Below, piece after piece: positions 1 through 11,589 of a stretch of 49,100 nt of DNA. Under the pieces are notes generated by a model. The model made no database searches. It was not told the origin of the DNA and saw nothing but the letters and a program-made list of their open reading frames with translations. Source of the DNA: Phoronis australis (lineage: Eukaryota > Animalia > Phoronida); the NCBI GenBank assembly GCA_002633005.1, contig NMRA01000009.1, positions 466,929-516,028 on the forward strand. The letters run 5' to 3'. The position numbers and the translations under genes were made by a program. Every line of letters begins with the position of its first letter. The first letter of the stretch is position 1.

Positions 1-924
1 TACTTAGTCATTCTAACTTTAAAATTTTGCAAGTCAACCTATAAAAAAGCAATTTAATTTGCTTAATAAAGACAATTTTGATTTTGACTGACATCTAGTG
101 GCAAGTTAGAGAACTTTATGAGCTTATTAAACTTGACAACAGGTGTCATTAAAAACTAGGTCACATCAGAACTCATGTTAGTAGTACTTAATATGTCTAA
201 TTGATATTAAAATCGGCATTGGTATTATTAAAGGAACTTTTGATCTTTTGTTTGCTGCTCTTGGTCTGTCAAATGCTTTGGAGAAATTATGAGATGCATT
301 GGTAGGAAAGCTAAACTTTGAAGTGTCTAAGAAGTAGGTCACACCAGTGCAGTGTGCAGTTTTAAACCATATATAAATACCTCCAGCATGACCATGCTTA
401 TGGGTAGACACAAAACAATGTCAATAACTGACATTTAACATTTGCGTGGAGTTTGGAATTTATAATGTGGAGAACACTGGATATGCAGAGAACTGATTAA
501 AGGATTTCAGTTGAAGTGGACTCAGAGGTATGTGATATAGCCAGTTGAACATGCCTTTCACGTCAGCACAAGTCACCTTGTTGTCAGTGCCACTTGAGAT
601 GAGACTAAGTCCAACGGGTATTTTGAGCACTTTAAGCACTAATCGGGTTACATCTGTGTGACTAAATTCTGGTAAATAATGTTGAATCGCACAGAATATT
701 AGGTAAAGTCGTCTCTTCCTGAATTTCACTGTAAACTATTGGCGAAAAACAATTTTAAACTTATAACTTACGCTGCTGTTGCCCAAGATGGCTGAACAAT
801 ACAAACAGGTGATCTAAAGTTCTCCACAAACGTTGTACATACTTTGTATTGCCTCACCCGATTTTGACAATTTTTTAATTTTTGTGGGATGCCTTATCTT
901 TCCGACGATATTGAAGAAAGTGAA

Positions 925-1074
925 ATAATGGTTTGATCGCCATATTTGTACTTCCTCGTGAACTTGACAGTCTTTCCACCGGTGACGCAGTCTTGGATCA
1001 GTGGGAAATCTATCAACATACACCACAGCCCATGGTGTATTGTCACAACCTCCCACTACACAACAGTCTGGCAT
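925..1074 (-). pseudogene. THAP zinc-finger domain remnant (transposon-derived)
   Basis: MPDCCVVGGCDN...RFPTDPRLRHRWKD, then after a frameshift VKFTRK. This is the N-terminal THAP signature (CxxxxC, FP, W). The C-terminal CxxHF is absent. Confidence 0.65.
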
Positions 1075-1680
1075 TCTTCAAAGATCAACACCAATTTAAT
1101 AACAAATATCTTGAAATTCACAAAACACAACGCTAGAACTTTCAGCACATAACAATAAAGATACTTGACCGACTTGGCACTGCTTGGAGCATGTTTCACT
1201 GACTTGAGGTAGTATCCGCAGATACCCAAAGTTTACGTTTTCTTTTTCTCAGAATTTTGTTTGGATATGGGAGCACTTTTTAAACGAAATATTTATGAAT
1301 TGCACAATGAAATAGGGAAAATTTATGTTTCATAAGTAACCGTTATTAATAGTCAAGACATGTGTATACATCTTAACAACAACAAACTAGTTTTCAAATA
1401 TTTGGAATTTTGTGACTAAAAGATGTTTTGGACATGAAGTTCATATTCCAATATTTTAAGAAAAGGAGTGACCATAGTATCTCAGTGACCGTAATCAGGG
1501 CTCCACATTAACTTTTTAGGGCAAGTAATTGAAATTTTTACTTGCCCGAACAACAAATTCACTTGCCCCAAGTACAATCCCAAATAGCACCATGCATGTG
1601 CACACGTAGGTAATGTGTTACCGTAGGGCTGCCTGTGCTGAGCCTCCTCTTGGGTTGTGCATGCTGAATACATGAGTTGC

Positions 1681-1961
1681 CAGTGGCGGATTTAGGGGGG
1701 GGCCATGGCTTCCCCTAAAATTCTACCAGATACCATTTGGGAGTTCGGGGGAGCGCAAGCAGGGGCTCATCGGGGGTGATATACAACGCATAGGCCCTGA
1801 ACAAACTGAACAAACCCCGTTTACCTTTTTTTTTGTTAGTCAACAGGTCCTCTTTCGAGGCCTCTGCGTCCCCACAATTTAGCCTGGGCGTGCGTATCTG
1901 CTGAAATTCTGGTTATTCCGTGCCCTGGCCCCCCTAACTCAAAACCCTGGATCCGCCCCTG
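1681..1961. mobile_element. MITE with CAG...CTG ends and perfect 5-bp TSD
   Basis: TIR CAGTGGCGGATTTAGGG / CCCTGGATCCGCCCCTG (14/17). TSD GTTGC at 1676-1680 and 1962-1966. Confidence 0.8.
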
Positions 1962-2521
1962 GTTGCTATTTTTTCAACGATTCTTCTTATAGAACATTTG
2001 TTTATAAGGTGCGTCAAAACACTAGAGAGACAAATTAGAAGAGTAACTATGGTATCTGAACCATTGTCTCACGTTCACAGGCGCCGAAATGAGCTAGGGC
2101 AGACACTTCTGAGTATTCATTAGTTTATAGGCCTACGCCCTCATGCATTAAACTTGAGTTCTTGCTAAACCTGAATTTGAATTTTTCCTATCCGTAAAAA
2201 AATCATAGTTTTGGTCATCGGTACCTTGTATTAAATTTAAATCAAATTTTAACATATGATAATGCCACATATACTTTTATTTTCAATAAATAATTACATT
2301 TTTGAAAAATAGATAGACTGCGAAAAAGTCACCCTTCAGCGACAATCCTGAAGACCGTATTCCTCTTCTTTCGGGATTCACCACCGGGAGCCGGGAATTC
2401 ATAAGAATTTCCCTTGGAATTCCCCCTGAATAAATACCAGGCCTTTAAAACTGCAGTGTAGTGTAGAAAATATGTGGTCAATCATTCACTTTTTAGCTTT
2501 TACGCTTATGTGTATGACTTA

Positions 2522-4928
2522 CCGTAATCGTTCGGGTTAACGCCCTGGGCGGTTAAATTGGCAAACCCAAAAAATCGGGGGTGGGCGGTTAACCAGACAT
2601 GGGCGCTTAAACGTGAAATTTCAAGAAATCCAGGGTGGGCGGTTAACCGAACATGGGCGCTTATTACGACAGGCAACCGCCCTGGGCGGTTAATCTTACC
2701 TCGTAGCACTTTTCAAAGAGCGTTATCGTCACGTCGCCACATGACGAGAAAAATGTCATAACAGCGGATGATCCCAACAAAGATTCTCTTGCCTTCAGAT
2801 TAGTTATTCACTATTAAATTTACAGAATTGCTGAGTAATAGCCCCGTGGCGTCCTGCGGTCTTGTAACTTTGCCCTCTAGAGCACAGACGACCAGCGACC
2901 ACGCAGCCTCTACTTTGCAACTATTTTAAGATGTGACCTTGTTAAAGTGCGCGCGTGCAAGCTTCACGTGTTGCAGAGGTCACAGCAGACATCAAATTTA
3001 TGTTTAGTCTCGTACTGAGCTGCCAAGTTCATAGTCTGAGAGCAGTTTTAAAATGAGTTGTAATAAAAGTTTGAAAAACTTAATTCAGATGTTTTTTGTG
3101 TTTAGGATGTTTATAGTCGACACTCTGTGACTCAATGACATTTTCAGCGTATGGTTCTGCGGCTAGCTGTTTTATCTCGACCGCCCGGCATTGCTCACTT
3201 GCCGTTGCGCCAAACATGCTCGGCAAAGAATTAGGCCTAAGACAAGAATCGGTGTTAAGCGGCCGTGAGCTACTCGTCAATCAAGAATAAAATTTCGAGC
3301 CACGACATAAATATGTGATAAAACGCCACAAAACAGCGATGTTTCAATTCATTCTTAAACAATCGCCTTACCAAACTTCGTGGTGGAAAAACATTTATTT
3401 TTCATGCAAGATGTCCAGATTATCCTATTTATATCACTTGCAATAGGCCTATCGCACTGCGGCACTGTTCGGTCTCGCTGTTAGCAAGCAATGTCTCAGT
3501 CGGCTGACAGTCGTGACTTGGAAATGCCGTCAAGTAATAAAACGGCCTCTTCCAATATGCATCTCGTTTTTTATGGCCAAAGATAGCGGCGGGAATCAGC
3601 ACGCACGTAGGGCCTACGAGTGAGCACCTGTCAATCACATGTTGATGTCAAGGTAACATGCACTGCAAAGTGTGGGAACTTGCGCACGTGCACCAAAATG
3701 ACTACAAAGTCACACATCAAAAGAGAATAGCCCTAAGTAACAAAAACGGGCGTGACTATGTACTTTTAAGCTGTTGTTACGAAAGACCCAGTTCTTTACG
3801 ATATTCCTCCGTTGCCAATGTTCCCCAAAACTGCGATGTCAAGTCTATTCCGATATTTCCCCGCTCGATGCTCCCTAAGCCCATGCCCGTAGCTAGCTGT
3901 GTGCATCTCCTACCCACTATCGCCAATTTTCAGTCAGTCTACGTCGTAGATATTTCAGACTCGAATGGTAAGAAACTGGCCAATGTGTAAACAAAATTAT
4001 TCTAGATGGCGAAAAAGGGGATGTGGAAACGATATTTCAGTCACGCTTATACGTGGGGGCTGACGCAAGAAAAAATAAAGAACAGCCAGCGACATTAGTT
4101 AAATCTGGTAACGCCAATTTGACTGAGATGCAATAAGCGAAAAACAAAATTTGACTAGCTGTTTTTTATTACTTCAAGATCATACACAAACAGACATTAT
4201 TGCCAACATTTGAATTCAGAAATCGATAGGCAGCAACGAAATCGGTAACCCAGTAAGGCACTTGTACTGTCCCTTCGGTCGCCACACGTCCTCTATAACC
4301 CGGCAGTTACATTCATCAAAGTGAGAATTTGAAATCTTTCCGTGAGTTGTGAGATTTCTTCAAAATACGAGAGCTTCCCACCTTAAGAGAATTTGGAGGG
4401 TTGGCAAAACCATTGTCACATTTGTCTGGCCTGATTTTTTTGAATATATATTTTATCTAGTGCACTGCAGACCGAAACTCAGTGCGGCAGACAAAGTCGC
4501 TGAAAGCGGAGGTTTTGACGCCGGCGGCGTTCTTAAACTTTGTAAACATGGGAAGAAAATAAAGTGACAAAAACGTTAAAGTATTATATTTTGAAGTGAG
4601 TCCATGACCCAAGACAATAACTCCTTACTTGTATTGTATTTCACATTGCTAAACCACCGTCTTGAAGGCCCGGCGTTGTTACGCTCATTGTGATCATCGA
4701 TCTTTTTGTAAAAGTCGGGGAATCACCGTTTCATTAGGACTGGGCGCTAAATCTTCATTCTTTAAAAGTCCGGGATGGGCGCTTAACCGAGAGGTGGGCG
4801 CTTAACTGGAAATCTTCAAAAATCGTAGGGGGGCGCTTAACTGAGCAGTGGGCGGTTACATCGAAAATCCACCTAAAGTAGGGGGTGGGCGGTTAACTGA
4901 GCATGGGCGTTAACCCGAACGATTACGG
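2522..4928. mobile_element. Tc2/pogo-like (Tc1-mariner superfamily) non-autonomous element, family A, copy 1
   Basis: Perfect 24-bp TIR CCGTAATCGTTCGGGTTAACGCCC, TA TSD, and many subterminal GGGCG(G/C)TTAA motifs. Homologous to 15875-17628 and 32456-33763. Confidence 0.9.
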
Positions 4929-5113
4929 TACATCCGCCGACGAACGCGGTGCTTCCAGCTGTTCATGGGTAAACGCCGGCAAAAATCACACGTCATCCCT
5001 TGTTCATTGTCTCGCAGGCCAAGAAACCTAATTTCCCATGACGGAACCCATGCCCGCACTCTTTTCGTTTCATATTGTTGCTTTGATTCGCCCTGAACTT
5101 GTTTTTTAGCCAC
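4929..5113 (-). pseudogene. hAT transposase N-terminal TTF-type zinc-finger remnant
   Basis: KQQYETKRVRAWVPSWEIRFLGLRDNEQGMTCDFCRR, then after a frameshift TAGSTAFVGGC. It continues as KSY from 2519 downward once the Tc2-like insert is removed. Confidence 0.65.
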
Positions 5114-5530
5114 TAAACCAGGCGTCCAGGCGTGGACGACTTCCTTGTTTGGACGTTTTGCCAGAATGCAGAATTAGTAGTATCGCGTGACAACTTATTC
5201 AGAAACTGCAGGGCACGTTCAGAGAATCGAAAGGATTTTACCGCGGGCGTCATCTGTGCACGCTGCATCACACTCGTTCTATTTTCCTTTCGGTGCTCAT
5301 TCGAAGACGGGAGTTTCTTTGATGGCCACAGGGGCTTTTTCAACGTTTTTTATGCTTGTGTCGGGGTTCATTACTTTGGAGCAAATGTCGAGCAGACAAT
5401 CTTAGGATCTACTTGCCTATCGGCCAACTTTTTAACTTGCCCATCGGGCAAGTACTTTTCAAATTCTACTTGCCCGACGCAAAATCTACATGTACACGGG
5501 CAATCGGGCACCCGTTAGTGTTGAGCCCTG

Positions 5531-6456
5531 GTAGTATCTGAGTGACCAGACCATAGTATCTGAGTGACCGTAGTATCTGAGTGACCGTAGTTTCTGAGTG
5601 ACCGTAGTATCTGAGTGACCGTAGTATCTGAGTGACCGTAGTATCTGAGTGACCGTAGTATCNNNNNNNNNNNNNNNNNNNNNNNNNNNNNNNNNNNNNN
5701 NNNNNNNNNNNNNNNNNNNNNNNNNNNNNNNNNNNNNNNNNNNNNNNNNNNNNNNNNNNNNNNNNNNNNNNNNNNNNNNNNNNNNNNNNNNNNNNNNNNN
5801 NNNNNNNNNNNNNNNNNNNNNNNNNNNNNNNNNNNNNNNNNNNNNNNNNNNNNNNNNNNNNNNNNNNNNNNNNNNNNNNNNNNNNNNNNNNNNNNNNNNN
5901 NNNNNNNNNNNNNNNNNNNNNNNNNNNNNNNNNNNNNNNNNNNNNNNNNNNNNNNNNNNNNNNNNNNNNNNNNNNNNNNNNNNNNNNNNNNNNNNNNNNN
6001 NNNNNNNNNNNNNNNNNNNNNNNNNNNNNNNNNNNNNNNNNNNNNNNNNNNNNNNNNNNNNNNNNNNNNNNNNNNNNNNNNNNNNNNNNNNNNNNNNNNN
6101 NNNNNNNNNNNNNNNNNNNNNNNNNNNNNNNNNNNNNNNNNNNNNNNNNNNNNNNNNNNNNNNNNNNNNNNNNNNNNNNNNNNNNNNNNNNNNNNNNNNN
6201 NNNNNNNNNNNNNNNNNNNNNNNNNNNNNNNNNNNNNNNNNNNNNNNNNNNNNNNNNNNNNNNNNNNNNNNNNNNNNNNNNNNNNNNNNNNNNNNNNNNN
6301 NNNNNNNNNNNNNNNNNGAGTGACCGCAGTATCTGAGTGACCGCAGTATCTGAGTGACCGCAGTATCTGAGTGACCGCAGTATCTGAGTGACCGCAGTAT
6401 CTGAGTGACCGCAGTATCTGAGTGACCGCAGTATCTGAGTGACCGTAGCATCTGAG
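5531..6456. repeat. 17-bp minisatellite (GTAGTATCTGAGTGACC)n spanning an assembly gap; partial units also at ~1466-1495
   Basis: Direct tandem copies on both sides of the N-run. Confidence 0.95.
5663..6317. other. Assembly gap
   Basis: N-run. Confidence 1.
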
Positions 6457-8034
6457 TTTTTGTTCAAATGAAATGTTTACTTTGTAAAAGAATCTAATTC
6501 AAAACTTTGTACCTCTGAGCTGGAGTCTTGACTAAGTATTTATTTTGCTCCAGCAGGTATTATACAATTATTAATTAATACGTATGTATCCTTTAAACAG
6601 TATGTGCTACAACTGCAAGTGATCAAATACCTCTTGGATCATAACCATTTTTTTCTGAATGTATATAAAGTGTTTTGCAAGTCTCATCTGTAAGTTTTAG
6701 TTGTGGTTTCCAAACTTGGTTTATCAACCTGTTGTACTGTTTCGTGACCAGTCATATCGTTTTATCAAAGAGGTGTTTTTTCAGCTCTCTTAAAAACAAA
6801 ACAATGGTGTAGGTACTGAACATTTCTGGAGACTACTAAAATAAGTTTGTCGGGAAAAAGTTCCCTCAGAATATAATTATTTAAGTGTCGGCAAGGCTCG
6901 ACATTAACGGTAGTCCAACTTCCCGAGACAACCAATTTGTTAGTCCGGACAAGCTCACGACCGATCAGTTAATGAATTTTTGGAAACTATAGTAAATCTG
7001 AACAATCAGAACTTTGTAGCAGTGATAACTCACTTGTTTAGTCATCAGTGTCGGTAAGATGTAGGTGCAAATCGGCAAGGTGTTGTTTAGATTATGCAGG
7101 AGCTCATGATTGGACGCGATCCGAGGCACTTCCATTCGAATAGTTCTAGTGATGTGTTCTCATTTAAATACATGGCAGTATCTCACGTAATTTGGGAAAG
7201 TTTTGATTTTAGCTAGGTCCTAGCGTAGTTCCAAGCATTTTGAACGCACGTCAGGTTCCCAACGATTCGTCTCATTCGTCTTGGTTAACGCATGTTTTTA
7301 ATGGTTTCACTTATGACACCAAAATGGAAGCGCCCAACCAAAGGCAATGGCGCAAAAAATCAACTTGTAATTAGTGCAAGTCGAACATTTTTTCCACATT
7401 CCACGACAACAAAAACTTATTTTTTTGAACATTTGATTCGCCTAATGACTTTTTACAAGATATGTTTTTGCTTCATTATTTTGGAAGCTGACCGAGTACC
7501 CCTATTGCCTAATAGTAGTATCTTCCGATTGTTGAGCAGGTGCTTTGAACAACAGAGGTGTTGGTAAAAAAAGAAATATGCAATGTATGTAAAATGTTAC
7601 ACTGTTGAAAGTATTCAATAAGAAGGCCTGTCAATCATTAGCATGTTTTTGGTTACCTAAGTTAAAAGTATTCAGTAAGAAGACCTGTCAATCATTAGCA
7701 GTGCTTGGTTGCCTCAGTGGGAAGCAAATCTTTACATAGTCAAATGCTTTCCTTAAAAATACACCGCGAATTAGTGGAGTCTTGTATAATCTGTCTTTAT
7801 TCTCAAGAAACTTGCCCTACTGAAGGTACGACTACCTGTAGGAATACTTTAGGTATGTAAACACCCAATCACACTCGGGATCTCGACGCCACTGTATCGT
7901 GTGCGCAGGCCGTCGAAGACCGGTACTTCAATCCCCCAACTTATATTTTTACTGATATGCTTGGAGTCTGACATCAGTATAGCTCCGTCAGGGTAAAATC
8001 GGTCCTTCATGCAGTAAGCAACAACTCTGCAAAA

Positions 8035-8130
8035 TTTTCGACTTTAACCGTCCATGCTCGGCTTACCGCACACCCACTGTTTTTGGATTCCCAATTTAAG
8101 CGCCCTGGGCGGGAACGTGGACGAGTCCGG
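8035..8130 (-). mobile_element. Degenerate terminus of a third Tc2-like family
   Basis: The reverse complement CCGGACTCGTCCACGTTCCCGCCCAGGGCGCTTAAATTGGGAATCCAAAAA resembles the left end of family A. Confidence 0.5.
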
Positions 8131-8420
8131 AAAGTCGAATTTCAATCATTTGCTCGTCAACACATTTTGACACTTAATCGTTATAATTTTTGATTTACGT
8201 ATAAGACTCACGTGTAGTAGCGATAACTCGGTAGCACATGTTAATAAAACTTTACGACATTCGACTGTCTTACGACGTGTGGAAACTGTCGTATGCGCTG
8301 GTGTATGCACTTGCAATGTCGAAATAGATACTTAGTTTGCGTATGGTTTCAAGTCAAGGAGCTCTAATCTTGCAACTGGTCACCAAACCAAAGGACGTGA
8401 AACCATCAAACAACAATGTG

Positions 8421-8586
8421 AAACCAATAAACGAAAACAGAAATTCCTTCCGAAATAGAAGGAAGATTTTGATTGGTTACGGTATGATAGCATCCGGAAA
8501 TAAAATGTGTTGTGTCCCGTGTGAAAAATACGCTGTCACAAACAGTTTATCTCCTGAGTCTGGGTCAGATGTGTTCAGGATCGAAA
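8421..8586 (+). pseudogene. hAT transposase TTF-type zinc-finger remnant
   Basis: KTNKRKQKFLPK*KEDFDWLRYDS, then after a frameshift GNKMCCVPCEKYA...SGSDVFRIE. This fits the F..W...F.WL......M.C..C pattern, with W mutated to TAG. Confidence 0.65.
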
Positions 8587-8634
8587 AGTCACAAATGGTC
8601 GACGGCTCACTCAGCAGCTTATGAAACACATATA

Positions 8635-10050
8635 CCGTATTCGCCGTAATAACCGCCCGGGGCACTTAGAAAAGTTCGGTTCAGGGGGGGCGCTTATTAT
8701 AACCCAAGGCGGTTGAAACCCGGAAATGGGTGAAATCGGAAGCTAATATTCATCAAATTCACGCTCTGTGATGTATCTGTAATCTGTGAAAGACTTTCAA
8801 CAAAACTGTGGTGCATTGCTATCAAACTTTGTTACTTAATTACGATCATTTTACAGAAAATTGTGCTGAAATCCCAAGGCAAAAACTCGCCGACTGACTG
8901 CCTCGAAATCGCCGTCTTCGATATGGCGACTTCAATGCTTGAATAAAAATAGTTTCGACTCAAGCAAATTACCTGAAATCTTCATTAGTTTTCTAACGTC
9001 TCTAAGATTTTTTTAAGTTCCCGTGGAGTCTGGATTAATGACAGGTTTAAGTACAAATCTGTGCAACATCGTGCCCTCTACATGTATGATCAGCAACACG
9101 GCGAGAAAAATCTCTGGACGAACACACATGTTGTTGTCACGTGACGTTTGTTTTGAAGTTCGTCTGCATTTGTGAGTAAGCGAGCGCGTGCGTGTCACCA
9201 GAGTTCATTTGCCAAAGCAGAGATCGTCTTTTGGCCAGAGCCACGCAATCTAACTAGCTAGATGTGTCTAAAGAAATTTGCACAAGGAGTAGGCCTAAAC
9301 CAGAGCGTGTTTCATTCAGCACTTGCTGGTCTTGTGCTAAAAACTTTCGGCATTTGTCTCAGTAAGGCCCATATTAGTCACCGTGTGGCTGGATGCGTAC
9401 GTAACTATCTGACAGTTATTTTACAGTGTAAGGGTGTGTAAGCATTCACTGTCAGTTGTCATTTTATCGGATATTCGGCTTAAAAACACCAATTACGGTT
9501 AATCAAACAATCTCTCTCAAAAATAATGCAAACATGTTTCATGGTATTAGAAATTGTCGGAAATTAGTGCCAATATTCATTTCTTACCGATGCTATGCTA
9601 CCCGTTTCATGAATGGATAGTTCCCAAGTAATGTCTTTGATGACAGGTTCATATATGTAACGCGCGCTTCCCGGCCACATGCGTTTAACACCGAGTTATT
9701 TTTATTCGTGAGACAGTCGATGTGTCTGTACTGAAAGGTCAGACGATAGTAGGACGCGGTCGTCGCGAGAGTAGCAACGCTATTGCGTTGTTTTTGAAGC
9801 GCTGCGTTACTTTTTAGTGTATACTTAGTCACGGCTAAATACAAACGTAGCAGTGCCGCTGGTGGTCTAGAAGACCCGTGCAAAATTTTTTTGATAAATT
9901 TAAGACGTTACTGTAGCCGAGTTTTAGGACTGTAGGTACGTCATTGTTCGCACGTACACGTTCATGGACTGGGCGCTTATTTCAGCAAAGTCTGAAAACG
10001 CGTGGGGGGGGCACTTATAGGGGCATGGGCGGTTATTACGGCGAATACGG
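8635..10050. mobile_element. Tc2/pogo-like non-autonomous element, family B
   Basis: Perfect 24-bp TIR CCGTATTCGCCGTAATAACCGCCC with TA TSD. The right part is homologous to ~27370-28225. Confidence 0.9.
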
Positions 10051-10419
10051 TACCTGATTTGAAAAGCCAGGGTAAACTTGGTGTAATCCAAACTGTTCCA
10101 AACACTACACGTGTTTATTGAGCTTGTGCTGACAGGTATAATGTGCGACATTCATATATGTTTGAAAAGTATAATTTGAGTTTAATTACAAGTGTCTTAT
10201 AGGCCAGGACAAGTAAATTTAATTTCTACTTGTCCGACTAGATAAGTTAAAATAAAAGTTAATGTCGAGCCCTGATCAGTGTTGTATGGTGTCATTGCTG
10301 TCTTACTCTGATTAGCCTGGACTGGGACCTTATAGTCCCAGGTCTGCTGATTGGTTGTTCAGTGAGAAATATATGCATTTCAGAAAGTGGTTAAGAAACA
10401 TTCTGAAAGGTGTCATTTT

Positions 10420-10485
10420 GCCTCCTTGACCTAGATATCGCCTCCTTGACCTACATATTGCCTCCTTGACCTACATATCGCCTTC
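10420..10485. repeat. Short ~20-bp tandem repeat (GCCTCCTTGACCTACATATC) x3
   Basis: Direct tandem copies. Confidence 0.85.
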
Positions 10486-11041
10486 TTTGTACTATTTCCA
10501 TGTTTGTACTTACACATTCTTAGTAGAAACTGAGTTTAATTCATTTCCACTGTGCTTGCAGTCTGCTTCACTATTGTTTCATGGACAATCCACTGTGTAC
10601 TTTTCCTGGGGAGCAAAGGGAAGTCCAGGACCTACTATTTGTTCAAAAGATTATTTAAATATTCCTTTGACAAGAAATTGTTTTGTAATTCTAAATAGAT
10701 GTTCATCTTCCTCATAGCAGTTTCATGTGATATGCCCTAGTGCATATTGTTGTACATGGGTAAAGTCAGTGCATATTGTTGTACTAATGTCATGGGTAAA
10801 GTCAGATGTTACATAAAGAGTATGCCCTCCCTTGTCTGTCTTCATGGTGTAATCAGCTGTGTCTACCCTGCCTCTAAGTTCTGCCATGAGTCACTGACTG
10901 CCTGTTGCCTTATCAGGTGTTTGTACAAAGTCCCCTCTCAGTTCAATATCCCTTCTTATGAGACAGTCTGTCTTGTGACCTGGTCATGGATAGGTAGTCA
11001 ACTCTTATGTACCAACTGTCATCAATAGCTGGGATCTTCTG

Positions 11042-11339
11042 ATGTTGCGACGCTTGAGCAGTCGAAATAAAGTCACTGAAGATTCATCTCAAGAGAGCAA
11101 ACCTCAGTTAGTGAAACGTCAAAGTTCGAGACACGATTGGGAAAATATAGACAGCAGTGCCAAGGACACAGAGCACCTGATCAATGAGTATCAGCCTAGG
11201 ATCAGCAGTGCTGGCAATTATCATTCTTTTCTGACTTTGGTTCATAACTCAGGATTCTCATCTGACGAAGACCACGAGGTGAACACTGAGCTTGAGGATT
11301 TTGACCAGTTAGCATGCAAGATGGCCGATCAGTCCACAG
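11042..11339 (+). CDS. TPD52: TPD52-family gene, alternative first coding exon A (long start 11042; short start MADQST at 11321)
   Basis: Open frame MLRRLSSRNK...CKMADQST ends ACA G|GTGCTT (phase 1). It joins in frame to the exon at 31538 (G+AT = Asp). ATG 11321 gives a 19-nt coding exon, the length I recall for the first exons of vertebrate TPD52/TPD52L2. Confidence 0.65.
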
Positions 11340-11589
11340 GTGCTTATGACTTAAACTGCTGATTGAATGGAGTTGATGATCATGTAACTTAAAACAAATT
11401 AATTTATTCAACTGCACGCAAATTCAATAGCTGGTTAAAATGTTTTAAACCTTCTTACCATAATTGACGTGGCAGCTCTTAAAATAGTTAAAGCAACCAT
11501 AACCCACCCCCTCCCCTTTCATCCAAGAAGTGAAAGTTTGATTTACATGGTCTCGGGCTGTTCTTCACTGAGATGAGAAGTTCTTTTTG

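Larger units (their letters stand above)
1496..5530 (-). mobile_element. hAT-like DNA transposon (non-autonomous, hAT5-like) containing nested elements
   Basis: TIRs CAGGGCTCCACATTAAC / GTTAGTGTTGAGCCCTG (15/17) with subterminal ACTTGCCC repeats at both ends. Flanks GTAAT/GTAGT lie within a 17-bp minisatellite. Internal TTF-zinc-finger remnant on the - strand. Confidence 0.8.
6892..10274 (+). mobile_element. hAT-like DNA transposon (hAT5-like, second family) containing nested elements
   Basis: TIRs CAAGGCTCGACATTAAC / GTTAATGTCGAGCCCTG (16/17) and subterminal GGACAAG / ACTTGTCC motifs. Internal TTF-zinc-finger remnant. Flanks GTCGG/ATCAG (degenerate). Confidence 0.75.

Noticed and set aside
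785-812. CAAGATGGCTGAACAATACAAACAG|GT (MAEQYKQ), similar to the MADQST exon and to a YY1 motif
   Set aside because: The donor is phase 0, incompatible with the phase-1 acceptor at 31538, and there is no other support.
5466-6467. Long ORFs of 144-449 aa here and at 16590-17311 and 26077-27426
   Set aside because: They are artefacts of N-runs and adjacent tandem repeats.
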